The notes under the pieces are model-generated. The model searched no databases, was not told where the DNA came from, and worked only from the letters and a program-made list of their open reading frames with translations. 64,000 nucleotides of DNA from Campylobacterota bacterium (GTDB lineage Bacteria; Campylobacterota; Campylobacteria; Campylobacterales; Sulfurimonadaceae): contig JAUPKZ010000001.1 of NCBI GenBank assembly GCA_030837195.1, positions 5,104-69,103 on the forward strand, given 5' to 3'. The stretch's first letter is position 1, and the number at the start of each line of letters is the position of its first letter. The translations under genes were made by a program, and so were the position numbers. Positions 28,361-39,319 of the stretch are shown here, piece by piece.

Positions 28361-29263
28361 TTGTTTGATGAACTAATACATAAACTAAAATACGGCACTT
28401 ATATAACGCTGGAGACTACTCCATCACACTCTGCGGCATTTAAACCGATTGTAGATAAAATAGAGTCTTTAGGACTTCACAACTTAGTAGATGGTTTTAC
28501 GACAACGGACAATCCTCTAGCAAAGCTAAAATACAACTCACTCTTTGGCGCAAAGCTGCTGCAAGATAGATTTAACAAACCTGCTATTGCTACTATGAGT
28601 ATGCGTGATAGAAACAAAATAGCACTGCAATCTGACTTACTGGGTGCAAACGAATTTGATATAAGAGCTATATTGGCGCTAACAGGAGATCCTGCTACCA
28701 TATCTGACCAACCAAAAGCAAAAGGTGTTTTTGAAGCGGACAGCACGCTTCTTTTGGATATCATTAGCTCATTTAACAAAGGTTTTGATTATGCACAAAA
28801 AGAGTTTACCCAAAAACCAAAAGAGATATATCCTTTTGCAGTCGTAAACTCTCATGCAAAAAATCCAAAAACACTACAAAAGAAGATGCAAAAAAAGATA
28901 GCTCACGGGGCGTCAGGCATTATAACACAGCCTGTATATGATATAGAAAATGCAAAAGTTCTACTAGAGCTGATAAATGAGGCAAACAATGTCGTATCAG
29001 GGAATTCAGTAATTATTTTAGGACTTTTCCCCATAACAAAACTAAGAACTGCACAGTTTTTAGACTCAAATGTTCCGGGCATTAATGTACCGAAAAAATG
29101 GCTTGATGCTTTGAGCGTTGCTAGTCAAAGAGGAGTAGATGAGGAGTATAGAGTAGGTTTTGAGCTAAGTAAAAACCTATTTTTAGAACTAAAAGCTCTT
29201 CACCCAAAAATTCATCTAATGACTGCAAACCAGTTTCAAATAGCCAAAGATATAATTTCTTAA
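28361..29263 (+). CDS. Methylenetetrahydrofolate reductase family protein
   Basis: 300 aa, TTG start. MTHFR-like segments T.D.P.....S......L, LALTGD, TQPVYD. Confidence 0.7.
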   Translation: MFDELIHKLKYGTYITLETTPSHSAAFKPIVDKIESLGLHNLVDGFTTTDNPLAKLKYNSLFGAKLLQDRFNKPAIATMSMRDRNKIALQSDLLGANEFDIRAILALTGDPATISDQPKAKGVFEADSTLLLDIISSFNKGFDYAQKEFTQKPKEIYPFAVVNSHAKNPKTLQKKMQKKIAHGASGIITQPVYDIENAKVLLELINEANNVVSGNSVIILGLFPITKLRTAQFLDSNVPGINVPKKWLDALSVASQRGVDEEYRVGFELSKNLFLELKALHPKIHLMTANQFQIAKDIIS

Positions 29264-31668
29264 GTATTAAAAGTAGAGATAAACTCTCTAAATTTTTCTA
29301 GCTTAAGAGGCTTGCTAAAATAGTACCCTTGTACTTTATGACAATCTAGTGCCCATAAAGTGTCAATATGCGCCTCGGTTTCTGACCCCTCTGCAATAAC
29401 ATCTTTGCCAAGTGATCTTGCCATTGCGATTATAGCTCCGACTATTGAGCGGTCATCTTCATTCTTATCTACATCAAGAACAAAAGAGCGATCTATCTTT
29501 ATCGTTTTTGCAGGTAGTTTTTTAAGATAATTAAGCGACGAGTACCCTGTTCCAAAATCATCGATGGATATAGCAAAACCCCTTGTATGAAGCGTATTTA
29601 AGATTGCTAATGTTTTATCGACATTTTTCATAATATGGCTCTCGGTAATCTCTAACTCTATATATTTTTTATCTAACCCCGCTTCATTTGCAATCATACA
29701 AATACTATCCGCAAAAGAGGCATCGCCTAGCTGTTTACTCGATACATTGATAGAGACTATAACCTCTTTGCCCTCGTTATGAAGCTTCTTTGTATCCGTA
29801 ATTGCTTGCTTTGCAACCCATAGTCCTATCTGTAGTATCTGCCCCGTCTCCTCAGAGATGCCGATAAACTCATCAGGTCTTATAAGCCCTTTTTTTGTAT
29901 GATTCCAACGAATAAGCGCCTCCATACCGTAAACGCTTTTTGTTTTTAGGTCTATCTTTGGCTGATACTCTAAAAACAGCTCATCTCTTGCAATAGCGTA
30001 ATGCAAATCATTTTCTATAAGCATTCGTTTTGTTACTTTTTCATTCATAGCAGGAGTGTAGAATTTATAGCCGTTCTTTCCATGCTCTTTTACCTGATAC
30101 ATTGCAGTATCCGCAGCTTTTACAAGGTCATCATAAGTTGTTCCGTCATCCGGATATATACTTATGCCTATGCTAGCTCCCGTGTAAAAATCTTTATTGT
30201 CTATAACAACGGGCTTTTTAAATCTCTCAATAATTTTATCTGCAACAGAGGCTACTGTCGAGATTGATTCTACCTCTTCTAAAATCACGGTAAACTCATC
30301 TCCGCCGAGTCTTGCTAGTGTATCTTCTCCGCGAATAAGCGATTTTATAGCTTTTGATACTTCTATTAAAAATTTATCTCCCATTAAATGCCCGAATGTG
30401 TCATTAATATTTTTAAAGTTATCCATATCTATGAAAAATATTGCAATTCTTTTTGAGTTTCTTTGCAATGCAGGTATTTTACTTACGACCTTTTCTTGAA
30501 ACAGTGCTCTGTTTGGGAGGTTTGTAAGTACATCAAAATATGCAAGATTGTGGATCAAACTCTCTTTTTGCTTCTTTTCGCTTATATCGTTGGCTATAGA
30601 TATATAATTTGTCAATACGCCGTTTTTATCATGCAAAGCAATGATATTTAGCTCAGAGGTATATAACTCGCCACCCTTCCTACGGTCAACTATCTCTCCG
30701 TTCCATTGCCCTTTTGTGTTGATTTCATTCCACAAATTCTGATAAAAAGCACTATTATGCCACCCTGAACTAAATATATTTGGAGTTTTGCCTATAACTT
30801 CCTCGGCAGAATATCCGGATATAGCGCTAAATGCACTATTTACTGTTACTATTCTCTGTTTTGCATCGGTAATCAAAACGCCGTCACTCATTTTCTCAAA
30901 AACGGCAGATGCTAAAATAAGTTCATTTTCTGCATTTTTGCGTTTTGTTATATCGTGCACGGTGCCTATGGATCTCGTAGGATTGCCCTTGGCATCAAAC
31001 TCATGTTCGCATCTCTCTTCCACAAACCCTATTTCACCGTTTTTTCTAACTATCCGATGTTCAATATAATATCCGCGTTTTTCTTTGATGGATGCGTTAT
31101 AGGCATTGTTTACCACATCTACATCATCGGGATGAACATGATTTAAAAAGGCTTCATAGGTTGCCTCAAACTCTTGAGGCTTTAAACCGAATATGCGATA
31201 CACCTCATCAGACCAATAAAGAGAGTTATTTGCCAAATCAAGCTCCCAATGCCCTATATTTGCCAAAGCTTGTGCCTGATTTAGTCCTGATTGAAGTTTT
31301 TTAATATAATTTTCTTGCTTTTTTTCTTCTGTAATATCCCAAAAAACACCAAGCAAAGCCACCGCTTTACCATCTTTATAAATAGGCTTTTTAATAGTAT
31401 GAACTAAACGCAATTCACTATTTGAAACAGTTTCTTCTTCTATATCGATAACCTCTTTGGTATCAAAAACAGTAGTATCGTCATCTCTGTATTTTTGCGC
31501 AAGCTCCCTTGGAAATATATCAAAATCGCTTTTCCCTATAAAATCTTGCGGAGTTTTCCCCATAAACAATGCAAAAGCTTTATTTACAAAAATATAGGTA
31601 TATGAACTGTCTTTTACAAAAATATTTTGTTCTAAAGAGTCAATAATTATCTCACTGCTAAATGGCAT
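29260..31668 (-). CDS. Cytoplasmic multi-PAS GGDEF/EAL c-di-GMP protein
   Basis: 802 aa. Three PAS/PAC-like modules. I-site RGED lies 5 residues before GGDEF. EAL motifs MEALIRW, EITE, DDFGTGYSSL, QGYY. Confidence 0.9.
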   Translation of the reverse strand: MPFSSEIIIDSLEQNIFVKDSSYTYIFVNKAFALFMGKTPQDFIGKSDFDIFPRELAQKYRDDDTTVFDTKEVIDIEEETVSNSELRLVHTIKKPIYKDGKAVALLGVFWDITEEKKQENYIKKLQSGLNQAQALANIGHWELDLANNSLYWSDEVYRIFGLKPQEFEATYEAFLNHVHPDDVDVVNNAYNASIKEKRGYYIEHRIVRKNGEIGFVEERCEHEFDAKGNPTRSIGTVHDITKRKNAENELILASAVFEKMSDGVLITDAKQRIVTVNSAFSAISGYSAEEVIGKTPNIFSSGWHNSAFYQNLWNEINTKGQWNGEIVDRRKGGELYTSELNIIALHDKNGVLTNYISIANDISEKKQKESLIHNLAYFDVLTNLPNRALFQEKVVSKIPALQRNSKRIAIFFIDMDNFKNINDTFGHLMGDKFLIEVSKAIKSLIRGEDTLARLGGDEFTVILEEVESISTVASVADKIIERFKKPVVIDNKDFYTGASIGISIYPDDGTTYDDLVKAADTAMYQVKEHGKNGYKFYTPAMNEKVTKRMLIENDLHYAIARDELFLEYQPKIDLKTKSVYGMEALIRWNHTKKGLIRPDEFIGISEETGQILQIGLWVAKQAITDTKKLHNEGKEVIVSINVSSKQLGDASFADSICMIANEAGLDKKYIELEITESHIMKNVDKTLAILNTLHTRGFAISIDDFGTGYSSLNYLKKLPAKTIKIDRSFVLDVDKNEDDRSIVGAIIAMARSLGKDVIAEGSETEAHIDTLWALDCHKVQGYYFSKPLKLEKFREFISTFNT

Positions 31669-31737
31669 CTGCGCAAAGCCCCTTGAAAATTTTAAAATGC
31701 TCTATTTTATCATAGAATATGCTTAAATATTTTATTT

Positions 31738-31746
31738 TGCTATAAT
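31738..31746 (+). promoter_or_regulatory. Extended -10 element (TGcTATAAT) upstream of serS
   Basis: TGCTATAAT lies 28 nt upstream of the ATG at 31774, the typical epsilonproteobacterial promoter format. Confidence 0.45.
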
Positions 31747-31773
31747 TACGATACTTATTTAATGGAAAAAAGA

Positions 31774-33021
31774 ATGATTGATTTAAAACTATTGCAAAAA
31801 GATTTTGATGAAGTAAGCACAAAACTATCTCGAAAAAATGTCGATGCAAAGCTCCTTGAAGAGCTAAAAACCAAAAACCAAGAGTTAAAAGAAGCAAAAG
31901 CTACATATGAGAACCTTCAAGCTGCTCAAAACAGTATGAGCAAAGAGTTTGGACTTTATAAACAACAAGGCAAAGACACAAGTGAACTAAAACAAAAAGT
32001 TGATGCAAACAAAATAAAAATCGCAGAAGCCATAGAAGTTCAACGCATCAAAGAAGATGAGTTAGAAAAAATCGCAATGGCAATTCCAAATATCCCTGAT
32101 GAGGATGTACCTACGGGAGCAAGCGAAGATGACAATCTAGAGATAAAAAAAGTGCTGACTCCAAAAGAGTTTGCCTTTACTCCAAAAGAGCATTGGGAGC
32201 TAGCTGAGCAAAACGGATGGATAGATTTTGAAAGAGGCGTTAAACTTGCAACCAGTCGCTTTAGTGTTGCTTTTGGGATGGGTGCAAAACTAGAGAGGGC
32301 GCTTATAAACTTTATGTTAAATTTTAACTCAAAAAGAGGATTTGCAGAAGTTAGCGTTCCTGCAATCGTAAACAGAGCAGCGCTAGAGGGAACAGGACAA
32401 CTTCCGAAATTTGAAGAAGATCTCTATAAACTTCAAGATCAAGAACTATTTCTAATCCCGACGGCAGAAGTCCCTGTTACAAATCTCTATCAAGACGAAA
32501 TAATTCCAAAAGAGGCTCTTCCTATAAAAATGACGGCTTACACTCCTTGCTTTAGAAAAGAAGCAGGCGCAGCAGGACGCGATACAAGAGGGATGATAAG
32601 ACAGCATCAATTTCACAAAGTAGAGCTTGTTGCCATCACGACACCGGATGAGAGCGATAAAGTGTTTGATGAAATGGTTGCTTGTGCATCCGATTTGCTA
32701 AATGCCCTAGAACTTCCTCACCGTCTTGTAATGCTCTGTAGCGGAGATCTTGGTTTTGGCGCAGCAAAAACCGTAGATATCGAGGTTTGGCTTCCGGGAC
32801 AAAACAGGTATAGAGAAATAAGCTCAGTATCAAACACACGGGATTTTCAAGCAAGACGCGCAAAAATTCGCTTTAAAGAGAATGACAAAAACCTGCTTGT
32901 TCATACTTTAAACGGCTCTTCTTTGGCAGTAGGAAGAACGCTAGTCGCTATTATGGAGAACTTTCAAAATGAAGACGGAAGCATCACCATTCCAAAGGCG
33001 TTAGAACCATACTTAAATTAA
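31774..33021 (+). CDS. serS: Seryl-tRNA synthetase
   Basis: MIDLKLL start (an in-frame ATG at 31762 is also possible). Coiled-coil arm and class II motifs ([23 protein letters not shown]). Confidence 0.95.
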   Translation: MIDLKLLQKDFDEVSTKLSRKNVDAKLLEELKTKNQELKEAKATYENLQAAQNSMSKEFGLYKQQGKDTSELKQKVDANKIKIAEAIEVQRIKEDELEKIAMAIPNIPDEDVPTGASEDDNLEIKKVLTPKEFAFTPKEHWELAEQNGWIDFERGVKLATSRFSVAFGMGAKLERALINFMLNFNSKRGFAEVSVPAIVNRAALEGTGQLPKFEEDLYKLQDQELFLIPTAEVPVTNLYQDEIIPKEALPIKMTAYTPCFRKEAGAAGRDTRGMIRQHQFHKVELVAITTPDESDKVFDEMVACASDLLNALELPHRLVMLCSGDLGFGAAKTVDIEVWLPGQNRYREISSVSNTRDFQARRAKIRFKENDKNLLVHTLNGSSLAVGRTLVAIMENFQNEDGSITIPKALEPYLN

Positions 33022-33073
33022 TCATATGGCATAATTTTTGCTAGTATAAAAGTAATATTACCCAAGGCAGCTA

Positions 33074-35425
33074 ATGGCGAGTGAGTTAGAAGAAGAGATT
33101 ATAATCATAGAAGAAGGTGACCTTGCAAATGAAAGCGCAAGTGCAAAAAAATCCTCTTCCGGCTCAAAAAAAATATTTCTGCCGGATAAAAAAAAGATTA
33201 TCATAGCCGGTATCGGATTATTTCTTATTATTCTACTTATTGTTTTGACTATTGTTTTGCTAAAACAAAAAAAAACAACAACTCCAAATATTGCTTCTAC
33301 TCAACAAATTGAAGAAAAACTTGAAAACAGCACAGAGGTTATTGAGCCAAGCAAGCTTGAAAATATGATAGCTAAAGCCGACTATCTATACTCAAACGGT
33401 TCAAAAAATGAAGCTCTTTTACTATACGAAAAAATCGCACAACACAGCGAAGCTGTGTCTGCTTATAACTTAGGCGTTGCGCAACTAAAGGATGGTCAAT
33501 ACGAAAACGCTCTTGGGAACTTTCAAAGAGCAATACACAACAATGAAAACAGATGTGTAAGTGCCATTAATGCGGCAGTATGTTCTTTACATCTAAACAA
33601 TAAAGAGAGTTTCAACTACTATATAGATTTAGCACATGCATTTTTACCGTATGAAAACCAATCTCCTCTTTATTCTTACTACTATACGCTTGTAAACTAC
33701 TATAAAGGTAATTATTACGAAGCTCTCAGCTCTCTAAACAACCCGACTACAAATGAATATAGCAACATACAAAATAATCTTAGTGCTAAAATAAATGCTC
33801 TTTTTAAAAATGACTATAAAGCAATTGAAGTTTTAGAAAAAAACACACAGCTTGAAAATGACTTCGCATTAGGTTTGCTATATGCAAGAATAGGCGATCT
33901 TGCTCTTGCTAAAGATTATCTGCAAAACTCTATAAAAAACAATACCGAACCCGTCAAATCTCAAGTCGCTCTTGGATATGTCTATCTAAAAGCAGGTCAA
34001 ATTCAAGATGCTGCAAAAGAGATAGAAAATGTTACCGATATGTTTGGCGAAGAAGCATATAAGCCCTATCCGATAAAAGTTTTTTTAAAGAGCTCACTAT
34101 TTGAACCGGATGAGGCTCAAACAAAATATAGAGATATCATAAGCAAAAGCAAAAGTGCTAACTACCAAAAAATCTTCTATTTCTCCCCATACAAAACTTT
34201 CAATGCAAATCAAACAATTAACTATATAAGAAAAGGAACTGCAAATATCTTTGTCGAAAATATTGCTTCGGCTCAAGGATATCTGCAAGAGAGCGTCGCA
34301 TCTTCAAGTGTAAATAAAGAGATTGTCAGAGCAATTCAAAAAGCCCTCTCATTTAAGCTGCGAGATGCAAACGAAATTTTGCAAAAGCTCGTAGATGTGC
34401 AACCAAAACACTCTGTTTTACACTATAATCTAGCACTCACTTATGCTCAACTTGACAATATGTCAGAAGCACATAAACATTTTTTGCGTTCATACAACCT
34501 TGATGCAAAAAATTATCTATCCGGTATATATGCAGTTATGACGGCACAACTCATCGATAAAGATAGCTCAAAGCTGCTCTCTATTTTAAAAGATGCCATA
34601 TCACATGAAGAGAAAAGTGAAGATATAGAACTCTACACAACCCTGCTGCATCTAAGCGAAGACGATACTTTTGCTACTTCCGACTGGATAGAGAGAGAGT
34701 ATAAACAAACTCCTCTTTATCTAGCACTTGATACCATAATAGCACTCAAACTAAATAATGCCGACTTAGCTCAAAAGGCATCTAAGAAACTCTCTATTTT
34801 GCTTCCGGATGAAATTGTTCCTCATATAATGTATATCGATGCACACTTTAAAGACCTAAAAACAAAAGAGTATGCAAAAGAGGTTCTTAACTATCTTAAA
34901 GTACAAAACTTTGACTTTAACGATCTCTATTTCGGCCCAAGTGTCGTAAGATATCTATATATTCAACAAAATCTTATTACCGGCAAACTGTTTTTTCTAA
35001 AAAAACAACTTGAAGCAGTTTTAGAGTCCACTACGGAGTCAACTAAGGAGCTAACAAGCGCACTTGCCCTTACATCTCTATATAATAAAGATTTTGAAGA
35101 GTCATTTATGCACTACAACAACCTAATAGACAATCTAAAAGTAAAAGATACTCAAACACTATTTTTAGGCGCAGTTGCTTCAACAGCAGCAAATCATCAT
35201 GCAAATGCAATAGCGCTTTTAGAGTTATCAAAAATGAGAGATTTTACTTTTTTAGAGAGCAGATATGCCCTTGGGCTTTTGTATCTAGAATCAAAAAATA
35301 ATGAAGGAGCACTTATACAATTTTATAAAATTGCAAAAAATAACTTTAACACACAGTTTTTTGATTTTGGAATTGACTCCGAAAAATTACTATTTGAAAA
35401 AAATCAAGCAGAAGAAAAAAACTAA
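33074..35425 (+). CDS. Inner-membrane-anchored TPR-repeat protein, possible PflB-type flagellar motor scaffold
   Basis: 783 aa. Acidic N-terminus, one TM (IIIAGIGLFLIILLIVLTIVLL), then many TPR-like A..Y......G.Y..A units. It lies directly after serS, as I recall the C. jejuni TPR protein PflB does. Confidence 0.5.
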   Translation: MASELEEEIIIIEEGDLANESASAKKSSSGSKKIFLPDKKKIIIAGIGLFLIILLIVLTIVLLKQKKTTTPNIASTQQIEEKLENSTEVIEPSKLENMIAKADYLYSNGSKNEALLLYEKIAQHSEAVSAYNLGVAQLKDGQYENALGNFQRAIHNNENRCVSAINAAVCSLHLNNKESFNYYIDLAHAFLPYENQSPLYSYYYTLVNYYKGNYYEALSSLNNPTTNEYSNIQNNLSAKINALFKNDYKAIEVLEKNTQLENDFALGLLYARIGDLALAKDYLQNSIKNNTEPVKSQVALGYVYLKAGQIQDAAKEIENVTDMFGEEAYKPYPIKVFLKSSLFEPDEAQTKYRDIISKSKSANYQKIFYFSPYKTFNANQTINYIRKGTANIFVENIASAQGYLQESVASSSVNKEIVRAIQKALSFKLRDANEILQKLVDVQPKHSVLHYNLALTYAQLDNMSEAHKHFLRSYNLDAKNYLSGIYAVMTAQLIDKDSSKLLSILKDAISHEEKSEDIELYTTLLHLSEDDTFATSDWIEREYKQTPLYLALDTIIALKLNNADLAQKASKKLSILLPDEIVPHIMYIDAHFKDLKTKEYAKEVLNYLKVQNFDFNDLYFGPSVVRYLYIQQNLITGKLFFLKKQLEAVLESTTESTKELTSALALTSLYNKDFEESFMHYNNLIDNLKVKDTQTLFLGAVASTAANHHANAIALLELSKMRDFTFLESRYALGLLYLESKNNEGALIQFYKIAKNNFNTQFFDFGIDSEKLLFEKNQAEEKN

Positions 35426-36066
35426 CTCTTTTTTTCTGCCGTAAAATACCCGATTAGTGTTTCAGAAGCGCGCAACTCATTTCCTACATCGATATTTAGT
35501 CTGAAATTTCTAGGAACATAAATAGTTGTGATGCCATTTAACATAAAACCGTATCTCACGCCTTGAAGTACATTTTTACCTTCATAGGCATCTATTTCTA
35601 TGGATTTAAAACTCTGTTTTAACATATGAATAATTCTAATAGTATATCCGCTTTTATTACTAAATACTATCTCTGCATTTTCATTTATATCTTTTGCCAA
35701 TGGACTATTTAGTTGAAGTCTGGCACCGTGATTTATGTTAATTCTTTGTAGTGAAGCAGTAAAAGGAGCTCTAAGAAGAGATACATTAAAGTATGTACTA
35801 TCTATCTCAACTTTATATTCATTCATTTGACTAAGTTCTTCAATAGATACGACTACTCCATCTACGGGACTTACTACACTCTCTTGCTCATATGCAACAC
35901 TCTCTCTTTCTGGATTTCTAAAAACATAAACAAAAAAAGCCGTTGCCAAAAAAGCCATAAATTCAAGATTGTCAAAATCTAAAAAAGCAAAAAACAAGAA
36001 AAGAGCCGCTGAAACATATAAAAAGTACCATCCTTCTCTTGCAATAGGTAAGAGATTACTCTTCAT
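35422..36066 (-). CDS. Phosphatidylserine decarboxylase-related membrane protein (short form, atypical cleavage motif)
   Basis: 214 aa. N-terminal TM pair and a PSD-like C-terminal core (...[18 protein letters not shown]...V.G..L.A.ETLIGY). Synteny with cheY-prmA-ftsH as in C. jejuni. Confidence 0.55.
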   Translation of the reverse strand: MKSNLLPIAREGWYFLYVSAALFLFFAFLDFDNLEFMAFLATAFFVYVFRNPERESVAYEQESVVSPVDGVVVSIEELSQMNEYKVEIDSTYFNVSLLRAPFTASLQRININHGARLQLNSPLAKDINENAEIVFSNKSGYTIRIIHMLKQSFKSIEIDAYEGKNVLQGVRYGFMLNGITTIYVPRNFRLNIDVGNELRASETLIGYFTAEKKS

Positions 36067-38059
36067 CCTGCACCTCTATATTTTTTTTGGAGCCGTTCTT
36101 CTTTTCTGTTTCGCCATTAGACATTTTTGCATCGGCTTTTAACTCCTCTTCAATGTCATTGACCAGCACTACGACTTTTGACTCTATATTGTTCGCTTTT
36201 TCAAAATTTAATATTATATCTCTAACTTCGTCACCGGTAATATTTTCTTTTTTATAGAGAAGTTTAACGATACTCTCAATAGCACCGCTATACTCCCTTA
36301 ATCTTTTTACGACATCTTCATATCTTTCTTTGAGTGTAGATTTTATAAATGCATCCATCTCTTCTGCCATTTTATCACTATACTCTCTTGAGCTCTGTCC
36401 ATAACCGCCTAAAAATGACTGTCTGCTCTTTTCTAGTACCATAAGCCCTGCGACATCACTCATACCGTAGGTCTGCACCATCGCTTTTATGATATCAGTT
36501 GCTCTTTCTAAATCATTTCCGGCACCAGTCGAAATCTCGCCTATAAAAACTTCCTCTGCCGCTCGTCCGCCTAAGAGTACATCAACTTCTGCTAAAAGCT
36601 CATGTTTTTGAGCCATAAACTTATTTTCTTCAGGCGTATTTAGAGTATATCCTAGCGCTGCTAATCCTCTTGGAACAATTGAGACTTTTGAAACTTTTTT
36701 TGCACCCTCGGTCGTTTCTGCCATAAGTGCATGCCCGCTCTCGTGGTATGCAACAATCTTTTTCTCTTTAGGGTTTATTCTTCTTGATTTTTTAGCAAGT
36801 CCAGCTAACGCTCTCTCAACAGATTCGTATAGGTCTTTTTGCTTTACCGTTTTTTGGCTTTTTCTACCGGCTAAAAGAGCTGCCTCGTTTACAACATTTG
36901 CCAAATCCGCACCTGCTAGTCCTGCAGTCAGTCGCGCAATCTCTTCAAGCTCGACATCATCGTCCATTTTAACGCCTTTAACATGGACTTTTAGTATTTT
37001 TACACGCCCCTCAAAATCCGGCTTATCTACAAGTACCTGTCTATCAAATCTACCCGGTCTAAGAAGCGCTTGGTCAAGTATCTCAGGTCTGTTTGTAGCG
37101 GCTAATATAATTATAGGAGTATCCGTGCCAAATCCATCCATCTCTGCTAGAAGCTGGTTTAGAGTCTGTTCTCTCTCATCATTACCGCCCATAGATGCAC
37201 CTGCCATACGGCTTTTACCTATAGCATCTATCTCATCTATAAATATAATGCTTGGAGCATCCTTTTTTGCCTGTTCAAATAAATCTCTGACTCTAGCAGC
37301 CCCTACCCCAACAAACATCTCTATAAAACTAGAGCCTGTAACTGAGAAAAAAGGCACACTCGCTTCGCCTGCTACAGCTTTTGCAAGTAGCGTTTTACCA
37401 GTTCCGGGGCTTCCGACAAGAAGCACGCCTTTTGGTATTTTTGCACCAATCTCAACATACCTTCCCGGATATTTTAAAAAGTCAACTATCTCTTGAACTT
37501 CCTCTTTTGCCTCTTCTACACCTGCGACATCATCAAATTTAGTTTTAGGCTTCTCGGAATTTATCATTCGCTTTGATGCGCCCATTCCCAAAATACCGCC
37601 GCCCATACTCTTTTGCATTCTTCCTGCAAAAAACATCCATATTGCTATAATTATTAAAAACGGAAATAGCCATCCAAACATCTCCGTAAACCAATTTGTT
37701 TCGCTAAAACCGTCATACTCTATGCCGTTTTTTTCAAGCTCTTGAACTAGCGTATCATCGCCTTTTATGATTCTTGTAGTATAAAGCGTTGTATTGTCGG
37801 CTCCATATGCTTTTATATAGCTCTGACCTATTTCAACTTTTTTCAATCCTTTAGATGCGACAAGCGATTTAAACTCCGAATAGGTAACTTGCTTAGCTCT
37901 TTTTGCACTGCCAAGCACTTCATCCGAAGCCGGATTTTCACCGATAATTGCTCTAAATAGCATTATTATGATTACCGAAAAAATCGCAAATGTTATTAGG
38001 GGATTTTGGTTAAAAAAATTATTATTTTTATTATTGTTATTATTTTCTTGATTTTGCAT
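36056..38059 (-). CDS. ftsH: ATP-dependent zinc metalloprotease FtsH
   Basis: 667 aa. Walker [12 protein letters not shown] region, HESGHAL zinc site. Confidence 0.97.
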   Translation of the reverse strand: MQNQENNNNNKNNNFFNQNPLITFAIFSVIIIMLFRAIIGENPASDEVLGSAKRAKQVTYSEFKSLVASKGLKKVEIGQSYIKAYGADNTTLYTTRIIKGDDTLVQELEKNGIEYDGFSETNWFTEMFGWLFPFLIIIAIWMFFAGRMQKSMGGGILGMGASKRMINSEKPKTKFDDVAGVEEAKEEVQEIVDFLKYPGRYVEIGAKIPKGVLLVGSPGTGKTLLAKAVAGEASVPFFSVTGSSFIEMFVGVGAARVRDLFEQAKKDAPSIIFIDEIDAIGKSRMAGASMGGNDEREQTLNQLLAEMDGFGTDTPIIILAATNRPEILDQALLRPGRFDRQVLVDKPDFEGRVKILKVHVKGVKMDDDVELEEIARLTAGLAGADLANVVNEAALLAGRKSQKTVKQKDLYESVERALAGLAKKSRRINPKEKKIVAYHESGHALMAETTEGAKKVSKVSIVPRGLAALGYTLNTPEENKFMAQKHELLAEVDVLLGGRAAEEVFIGEISTGAGNDLERATDIIKAMVQTYGMSDVAGLMVLEKSRQSFLGGYGQSSREYSDKMAEEMDAFIKSTLKERYEDVVKRLREYSGAIESIVKLLYKKENITGDEVRDIILNFEKANNIESKVVVLVNDIEEELKADAKMSNGETEKKNGSKKNIEVQDEE

Positions 38060-38060
38060 A

Positions 38061-38888
38061 TTATTTCCTGCTTAACACTAATGTAACCCAACCGTCTTGA
38101 GCTATTTTCTCTTCTATTTTAAAATCTGCATAACATTTTAAAACTTTTTGTTCATATTTATCCAATATACCTGAGAGTATCAATATACCCTCTTCTTTTA
38201 GAACTTTTTTAATATCGTTTGCTATAAATACTAAAACATCCGCAACGATATTGGCAACTACCAAATCATAAACATCTTTTGCCTTATTACAAGAGCCTTC
38301 CCATATATTTTCAAATGAGACTTTGTTTAGCTGTGCATTTTCGATACTGTTTTGAATGCTAAGACTATCGGTATCGCAAGCGTCCACGATAGCGCCTAGT
38401 TTAATTGCTCCGACACCGAGGATACCGCTTCCGCAGCCTACATCTAAAACTTTATCGCCTTTTTTTACATATTTTGCAATTGCTCTTAATGCCGATTCCG
38501 TTGTCGGATGATGCCCGGTTCCAAACGCCAATGCAGGGTTGATGGCTATATTTATAAGCTCATTGCTTGGCTCATTCCATGTCGGATGTATATAAAATTT
38601 ATCTATTGTTAAAGGCTGTATGCTCTGCTGATAGAGCGCGACCCAATCACTGTTAAGCAATTTTGTCTGCTTGCACTCAATCTCTATATTTTGACCCACT
38701 GCTTTTTGCAAAGCTTCTCTAAACTGCTCCAAGCCCCATGCTATTGTTTCAAGGTCATCTTCACTTCTAATGATAAATCCATCATCAATCTCTTCAAATC
38801 CATCCGGCAGCGTGTCTGCTAAAAAGTCGCTAAATAGTGAGTGATGCGAGGAAACTTTAACAACTAGTTCATAGTAATGTTCTTGCAT
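38061..38888 (-). CDS. prmA: Ribosomal protein L11 methyltransferase
   Basis: 275 aa. FGTGHHPTT and SAM motif [12 protein letters not shown]. Confidence 0.9.
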   Translation of the reverse strand: MQEHYYELVVKVSSHHSLFSDFLADTLPDGFEEIDDGFIIRSEDDLETIAWGLEQFREALQKAVGQNIEIECKQTKLLNSDWVALYQQSIQPLTIDKFYIHPTWNEPSNELINIAINPALAFGTGHHPTTESALRAIAKYVKKGDKVLDVGCGSGILGVGAIKLGAIVDACDTDSLSIQNSIENAQLNKVSFENIWEGSCNKAKDVYDLVVANIVADVLVFIANDIKKVLKEEGILILSGILDKYEQKVLKCYADFKIEEKIAQDGWVTLVLSRK

Positions 38889-39262
38889 TACCCCTCAATA
38901 CCCATAACTGCAGCAAGTTTTTCTTTGAGTACTTGCGGTGTAAAAGGCTTCACTATATAGTTGTTAACCCCTGCTTTAAGAGCTGTTATAACTTCTGCCT
39001 TACCACCTTCGGTAGTAACCATTATAATCGGTAAATCGGAAAATCTGCTATCTGCACGAACTTTTTTTACAAGCTCCAAACCGTTCATCTCAGGCATATT
39101 CCAATCCGTTATAAGCATATCTATATCCGGATTGCTATTAAGTGCATTCCAACCCTCGACCCCGTCACCGCCTTCTAATATATCCTGATGACCAAGTCTA
39201 ACCAAAGTATTTTTAATGATTCGACGCATCGTAGAGCTATCGTCAACAACAAGTAATTTCAA
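38888..39262 (-). CDS. cheY: Chemotaxis response regulator CheY
   Basis: 124-aa single REC domain. DD at 7-8, phospho-acceptor in LITDWNMPEMNG, and K in VKPF. Confidence 0.9.
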   Translation of the reverse strand: MKLLVVDDSSTMRRIIKNTLVRLGHQDILEGGDGVEGWNALNSNPDIDMLITDWNMPEMNGLELVKKVRADSRFSDLPIIMVTTEGGKAEVITALKAGVNNYIVKPFTPQVLKEKLAAVMGIEG

Positions 39263-39319
39263 ACGAAATCCTTTTCTTTAAAATATTTTAAAATCTATAT
39301 TATCATAGCTAAATTTTAT

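Noticed and set aside
37125-37496. 123-aa plus-strand ORF, one of many similar 60-120-aa ORFs in the track (for example 109-393, 7732-7947, 9355-9603, 39384-39710, 61381-61698)
   Set aside because: All lie antisense to, or out of frame within, strongly supported conserved genes (ftsH, dnaK, hisA, czcA and others). They have low-complexity, S/L/F/I-rich translations typical of shadow ORFs in AT-rich DNA, and no RBS.
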